This document shows positions 7,959 through 11,013 of a stretch of 11,013 nt of DNA, piece after piece. The notes beneath the pieces were generated by a model. It was not told the DNA's origin. It searched no databases and worked only from the letters and a program-made list of their open reading frames with translations. The translations under genes and the position numbers were made by a program. The DNA lies in the NCBI GenBank assembly GCA_964549075.1, contig CAZJUB010000088.1, positions 1 to 11,013 on the forward strand. The letters are read 5' to 3'. The stretch comes from an uncultured archaeon. Lineage in GTDB: Archaea; Asgardarchaeota; Heimdallarchaeia; Heimdallarchaeales; Heimdallarchaeaceae. The stretch's first letter is position 1; the number at the start of each line of letters is the position of its first letter.

Positions 7959-8089
7959 TGATTTTACCTATAATATATAATTTTTACTCTAATTTAAGGC
8001 ATCAACACACTGAATAACTCTTAAATAACCTCAATTTCTGAAAAACTTTATGTCAGCTATAGAAAATTCATTCTTTAGAAGACCGATCT

Positions 8090-8239
8090 ATGCAGCATCC
8101 TTTTAAAATGGGAGCTTACAACACTCCAGCTAATGTAAAATACTCTGTAGCAGCAATAGTTTTTGTTAATGAAATGAAACAACAAGATGTTGCTAAGCAA
8201 ATATTGGAAAATGCACAAAAATTTTTTAGTTTAAAATAA
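8090..8239 (+). pseudogene. tatD: Second, diverged copy of the tatD 3' end (49-codon fragment)
   Basis: MQHPFKMGAYNTPANVKYSVAAIVFVNEMKQQDVAKQILENAQKFFSLK* aligns without gaps to 6859-7008: 39/49 aa and 116/150 nt identical by manual count. All catalytic motifs are missing; in-frame stop upstream at 8060-8062. Confidence 0.9.
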
Positions 8240-8292
8240 TCTAACTCATATTTTTTGCATTAATTTTTTAAACATAAAAGTGATAGTATTTC

Positions 8293-8802
8293 TTGATGAA
8301 ATTCAGAGTGAACAAACTTACAGCTTATTTAGTAATCGTAATAGTTATTTCTGCTGGATTCTACTTAGGTAGTATATTTTTAGGATCAGTCAATAAGAAA
8401 TATCAAATTAATGCTACTTTTGGAGATACTATTGAAGGTACTATTAAAGCTCGTTTTGGAAGAGAATTTAATGACCAAATTGTTATTAAATTTTTCATCA
8501 CTGTAGGAAGTATACAATATTTCGTTTTTAGAGATGGTTTATGGTCGTTAATCGCAGAAACGAAAGAAGGTTTTGCATCGGGAGGGTTAACCGCAGCTAA
8601 TTCAAACAGTAATAATGTAACTCTCGTCCTCCAAGAAGCTGGCGCTTATGTAATTTGGTTAGATTCTCCGTATATTGAAATGACTATAGAAATATCTATA
8701 CTTAATGAAATGCTTGCTCTAGGTTTAGCGATTAGTGGATTAGTAACAATAACTCTGGTAACCTTTTGGTTAATTAAACGAGAACAACAAATGCTTAGTT
8801 AA
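8293..8802 (+). CDS. Hypothetical membrane protein: N-terminal TM/signal, beta-rich extracellular domain, C-terminal TM
   Basis: 169 aa; hydrophobic termini, alternating beta-strand pattern (EAGAYVIWLDS); SD-like AAGTGAT upstream; start TTG 8293 or ATG 8296. Confidence 0.8.
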   Translation: MMKFRVNKLTAYLVIVIVISAGFYLGSIFLGSVNKKYQINATFGDTIEGTIKARFGREFNDQIVIKFFITVGSIQYFVFRDGLWSLIAETKEGFASGGLTAANSNSNNVTLVLQEAGAYVIWLDSPYIEMTIEISILNEMLALGLAISGLVTITLVTFWLIKREQQMLS

Positions 8803-8843
8803 CCTTCATTGACTCACACAAAATTTTATGTATAACTTGTAGA

Positions 8844-8863
8844 ATGTGAGCTCACATGAGCTC
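8844..8863. promoter_or_regulatory. Overlapping palindromes at the acyltransferase start; candidate operator
   Basis: Perfect 14-bp palindrome ATGTGAGCTCACAT (8844-8857) and GAGCTCA-CA-TGAGCTC (8848-8863), downstream of TATA-like TTTTATGTATAA (8824-8835). Confidence 0.4.
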
Positions 8864-9677
8864 TAAGAGAGATTATCATAAAAGGAAATATTCTGTAAAT
8901 AGACAAATTTTAGCTGATTATAATGCAGTTGCTTCAAAATTTCATAGGGTTCAGGGTTTGATTGAAGCGGACATCACAGAGGCTCTAGAAATAATCAAAG
9001 ATATTGAGATGAAAGAAGGATATAAAATATCTCTGACTGCTTGGATCGCGAGATGTATCAGTAAAGCTGTAAGTGAAGACTTGCGATTGAATTCATATCG
9101 ACATCGAAGAAGACTTATCGTTTTTGACAAAATTGATATTAGTGTAATGATTGAAATCAAAACAAAGGATGGAAAAAGAGTCCCATTTAATCATGTTATT
9201 AGAGATGTAGAATCCAAAACTGTTAGAGAAATAACAGACGAAATAAGAGCTATTCAAAAGAAAAAAATAGAGGAAAAAGAGCAATTAACAAGAGGTTCTT
9301 CGAAATTTTCTAATCTCTATCTTATAATTCCAGGTTTTATTCGTAGAGGAGTAATAAAGATGATGTTAACTAATCCTTTCAAATTAAGAAAACTGATAGG
9401 AACAGTAGGATTAACTACACTCGGAGAATTTGTTAAAAATCTATCTGGATGGGCTATTCCTTTTGCTGATAAAACTCTAAATGTTGCAGTAGGAGGTATG
9501 AAACACAGAACAATTGAAAAAGGTGGAATACTAGTTCCTCAAACACATCTTTGCTTGACCTATTTAGTTAATCACGATATTGTTGATGGTGCTCCAATTG
9601 CTAGATTCATTGCTCGAGCAACTGATTTGATGGAAGAGAGTTTTGGATTAGTTGATACTGAGAAGAAGGATAGTTAG
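8856..9677 (+). CDS. Stand-alone 2-oxoacid dehydrogenase E2-type acyltransferase catalytic domain (CAT-like fold)
   Basis: 273 aa; EADIT, ISLTAWIARC, IDISVMIE, GTVGLTTLG, catalytic NHDIVDGAPIARF (H-x3-DG). No lipoyl or E3-binding domain. Confidence 0.92.
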   Translation: MSSKRDYHKRKYSVNRQILADYNAVASKFHRVQGLIEADITEALEIIKDIEMKEGYKISLTAWIARCISKAVSEDLRLNSYRHRRRLIVFDKIDISVMIEIKTKDGKRVPFNHVIRDVESKTVREITDEIRAIQKKKIEEKEQLTRGSSKFSNLYLIIPGFIRRGVIKMMLTNPFKLRKLIGTVGLTTLGEFVKNLSGWAIPFADKTLNVAVGGMKHRTIEKGGILVPQTHLCLTYLVNHDIVDGAPIARFIARATDLMEESFGLVDTEKKDS

Positions 9678-9732
9678 GGGATTTATTGCAAATAAGAAGA
9701 AAACAATATAAACTATTGTTAGAAGTAAATTT

Positions 9733-10047
9733 ATGGAGATAAAAAGTAAAAAGCTTTCTTTGGACATTTTTGGGATTATTCTTATTCTTCTTACAATTTT
9801 CGGTTTTATTTGGTATTATGCAGGTTTGGGAAACGATAGTATAGGTCTGAGTATTATAGGTTTAGGAGGTATTTTTACTATTGTTGTTGCTTCTTGGAGG
9901 ATATCAATTAGTGTCTCTGATTCAAGGAGAAGGGAAGAAAAACTAGAAATCAAAGAACTAATTATGAACATTTTTTGGTCTTTATGCATTTTGATTCTTC
10001 TTGCTTATGATTTATATATTTTGTTTGGATTGCTTGCATTTAGATGA
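9733..10047 (+). CDS. Hypothetical small membrane protein (3 TM)
   Basis: 104 aa with three hydrophobic segments and a charged loop (DSRRREEKLE); fills the gap between neighbouring genes. Confidence 0.75.
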   Translation: MEIKSKKLSLDIFGIILILLTIFGFIWYYAGLGNDSIGLSIIGLGGIFTIVVASWRISISVSDSRRREEKLEIKELIMNIFWSLCILILLAYDLYILFGLLAFR

Positions 10048-10061
10048 CACTAATAATTTGT

Positions 10062-10085
10062 AAAAAATATAAAAAAAAGAAAAAA
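10062..10085 (-). terminator. Oligo-T terminator for the M14 peptidase gene
   Basis: A tracts on + strand (AAAAAATATAAAAAAAAGAAAAAA-like), read as T tracts on the minus strand just after stop 10094, between convergent genes. Confidence 0.55.
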
Positions 10086-10093
10086 CGTAATTT

Positions 10094-11013
10094 CTACATA
10101 AATTTCAAATTCCTTTTATAAAAGACAGCCAAAATAGATATAAAGACTACTCCTAGAAAAGAAAATCCGATCATGAAACCAGAATTAGTTTCTAGGGTTT
10201 CTGTATCTGTTAGGATGAGAAATTCTCTATAACCAACATAGTCATTTCCTATTATTAGAGGATAATCTCCTTCGACTCCTATTAGATCAGTTATACGTTT
10301 CTTGAGAGTTAAACTCAAACCTGTATCAGCAAGAATCATAGAATAAGAAGCTAACAAATGGTTATTCTCATAATTATAGATAGAAATTCCTTCCATTGTC
10401 TTTATTCTAGGACTTAGATTAGAAACGATAGCTGTCAATTCGAATTCTGTGGTTGCAGGTTTTATATAAGCTATACTCAAATTAAAATTCAAACGTGGAG
10501 TATTATCTAGAAGATAAGTGAAAGCTGGAAGAATATCTTGCCAGAGATCAACAATGTATGGATCTTCAGGTGTGAAATAACCATAGATACTTTTCCATTC
10601 AAGAATGAGATGAGTAGAATTTTCTACGAGAACAGTTTCAGCTGCAGGTAAAATTGAAGTCAGGTTATTATAGATTTCAAAGGTAATTGGTGCAAGTACA
10701 TTGCGTTCAAAGTAAGCCCACGTATCCCAGCTGCCTGCAAGTGCAGCTGAAGGTTCTTCGTGAGATTGTGGCACAGAATTTGGCTCGAAATAGATGTCTG
10801 TATAAGATGGAGGAAGAATCTGTCTATAATCTAGAACCATGTTCCAATAGAGGGAAGGTTCGACCCAACCATAAACTCCATCGGTAAACAGAGTAGCGTT
10901 AGTACCAGAATGAAGGCTATAAGCCATTCCGAAATTATGTTGTAACATGAAATTTCTTACTGCTTGAGTTTCAGGTTCTGAAAAAGGTGTAGGACCAGGA
11001 TAAATCTGTGATA
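10094..11013 (-). CDS. M14 family zinc carboxypeptidase with C-terminal membrane anchor; 5'-partial
   Basis: Frame stays open beyond the ORF-track start to the window edge: SQIYPGPTPFSEPETQAVRNF...YSLHSG (third Zn ligand His), AGSWDTWAY, ITFEIY (catalytic Glu position), C-terminal TM plus KR tail. Confidence 0.92.
   Translation of the reverse strand, partial: SQIYPGPTPFSEPETQAVRNFMLQHNFGMAYSLHSGTNATLFTDGVYGWVEPSLYWNMVLDYRQILPPSYTDIYFEPNSVPQSHEEPSAALAGSWDTWAYFERNVLAPITFEIYNNLTSILPAAETVLVENSTHLILEWKSIYGYFTPEDPYIVDLWQDILPAFTYLLDNTPRLNFNLSIAYIKPATTEFELTAIVSNLSPRIKTMEGISIYNYENNHLLASYSMILADTGLSLTLKKRITDLIGVEGDYPLIIGNDYVGYREFLILTDTETLETNSGFMIGFSFLGVVFISILAVFYKRNLKFM

Noticed and set aside
6859-8239. 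Diversity-generating retroelement TR/VR pair explaining the tatD repeat
   Set aside because: Mismatches are not confined to adenines of one copy (for example GCC/GCT, TAT/TAC), are mostly at third codon positions, and no reverse transcriptase is in the window.
8951-9284. 69-aa and 63-aa minus strand ORFs
   Set aside because: Antisense to the E2-type acyltransferase.
10687-10887. 66-aa + strand ORF with scattered Cys
   Set aside because: Antisense to the M14 catalytic region; no coherent motif.
10946-10948. ORF-track start of the 284-aa protein
   Set aside because: The frame stays open to the window edge and contains the conserved PFSEPET motif, so the true start lies outside the window.
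1-11013. tRNA/rRNA, CRISPR array, IS element or integrase
   Set aside because: No GC-rich structured RNA segment, regularly spaced repeats, terminal inverted repeats or recombinase motifs were seen by eye.

Overview
AT-rich archaeal-style chromosomal window, probably from an Asgard (Heimdallarchaeia-like) archaeon. That assignment is an inference from BRE/TATA promoters, GGTGA Shine-Dalgarno motifs, oligo-T terminators and the protein families. Gene order: ABC exporter half-transporter (minus, runs off the left edge), DUF998/Frag1-like membrane protein, YbjN-like protein, amidohydrolase, cupin, a Zn-binding/winged-helix-like hypothetical, a 45-aa CPxC zinc-ribbon microprotein missing from the ORF track, TatD hydrolase, an internally deleted surface-protein pseudogene, a 4-TM protein, a second diverged copy of the tatD 3' end, a membrane-anchored protein, a stand-alone E2-type acyltransferase catalytic domain, a 3-TM protein and the 3' part of a membrane-anchored M14 carboxypeptidase. 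No RNA genes, CRISPR arrays, integrases or transposases were seen. The most notable signals are (1) the duplicated, mostly synonymously diverged tatD 3' end bracketing about 1.1 kb of cargo, (2) the hidden zinc-ribbon microprotein, (3) an in-frame switch of the ABC ATPase domain into unrelated sequence near nt 130, (4) the collapsed surface-protein gene and (5) a double palindrome over the acyltransferase start codon.
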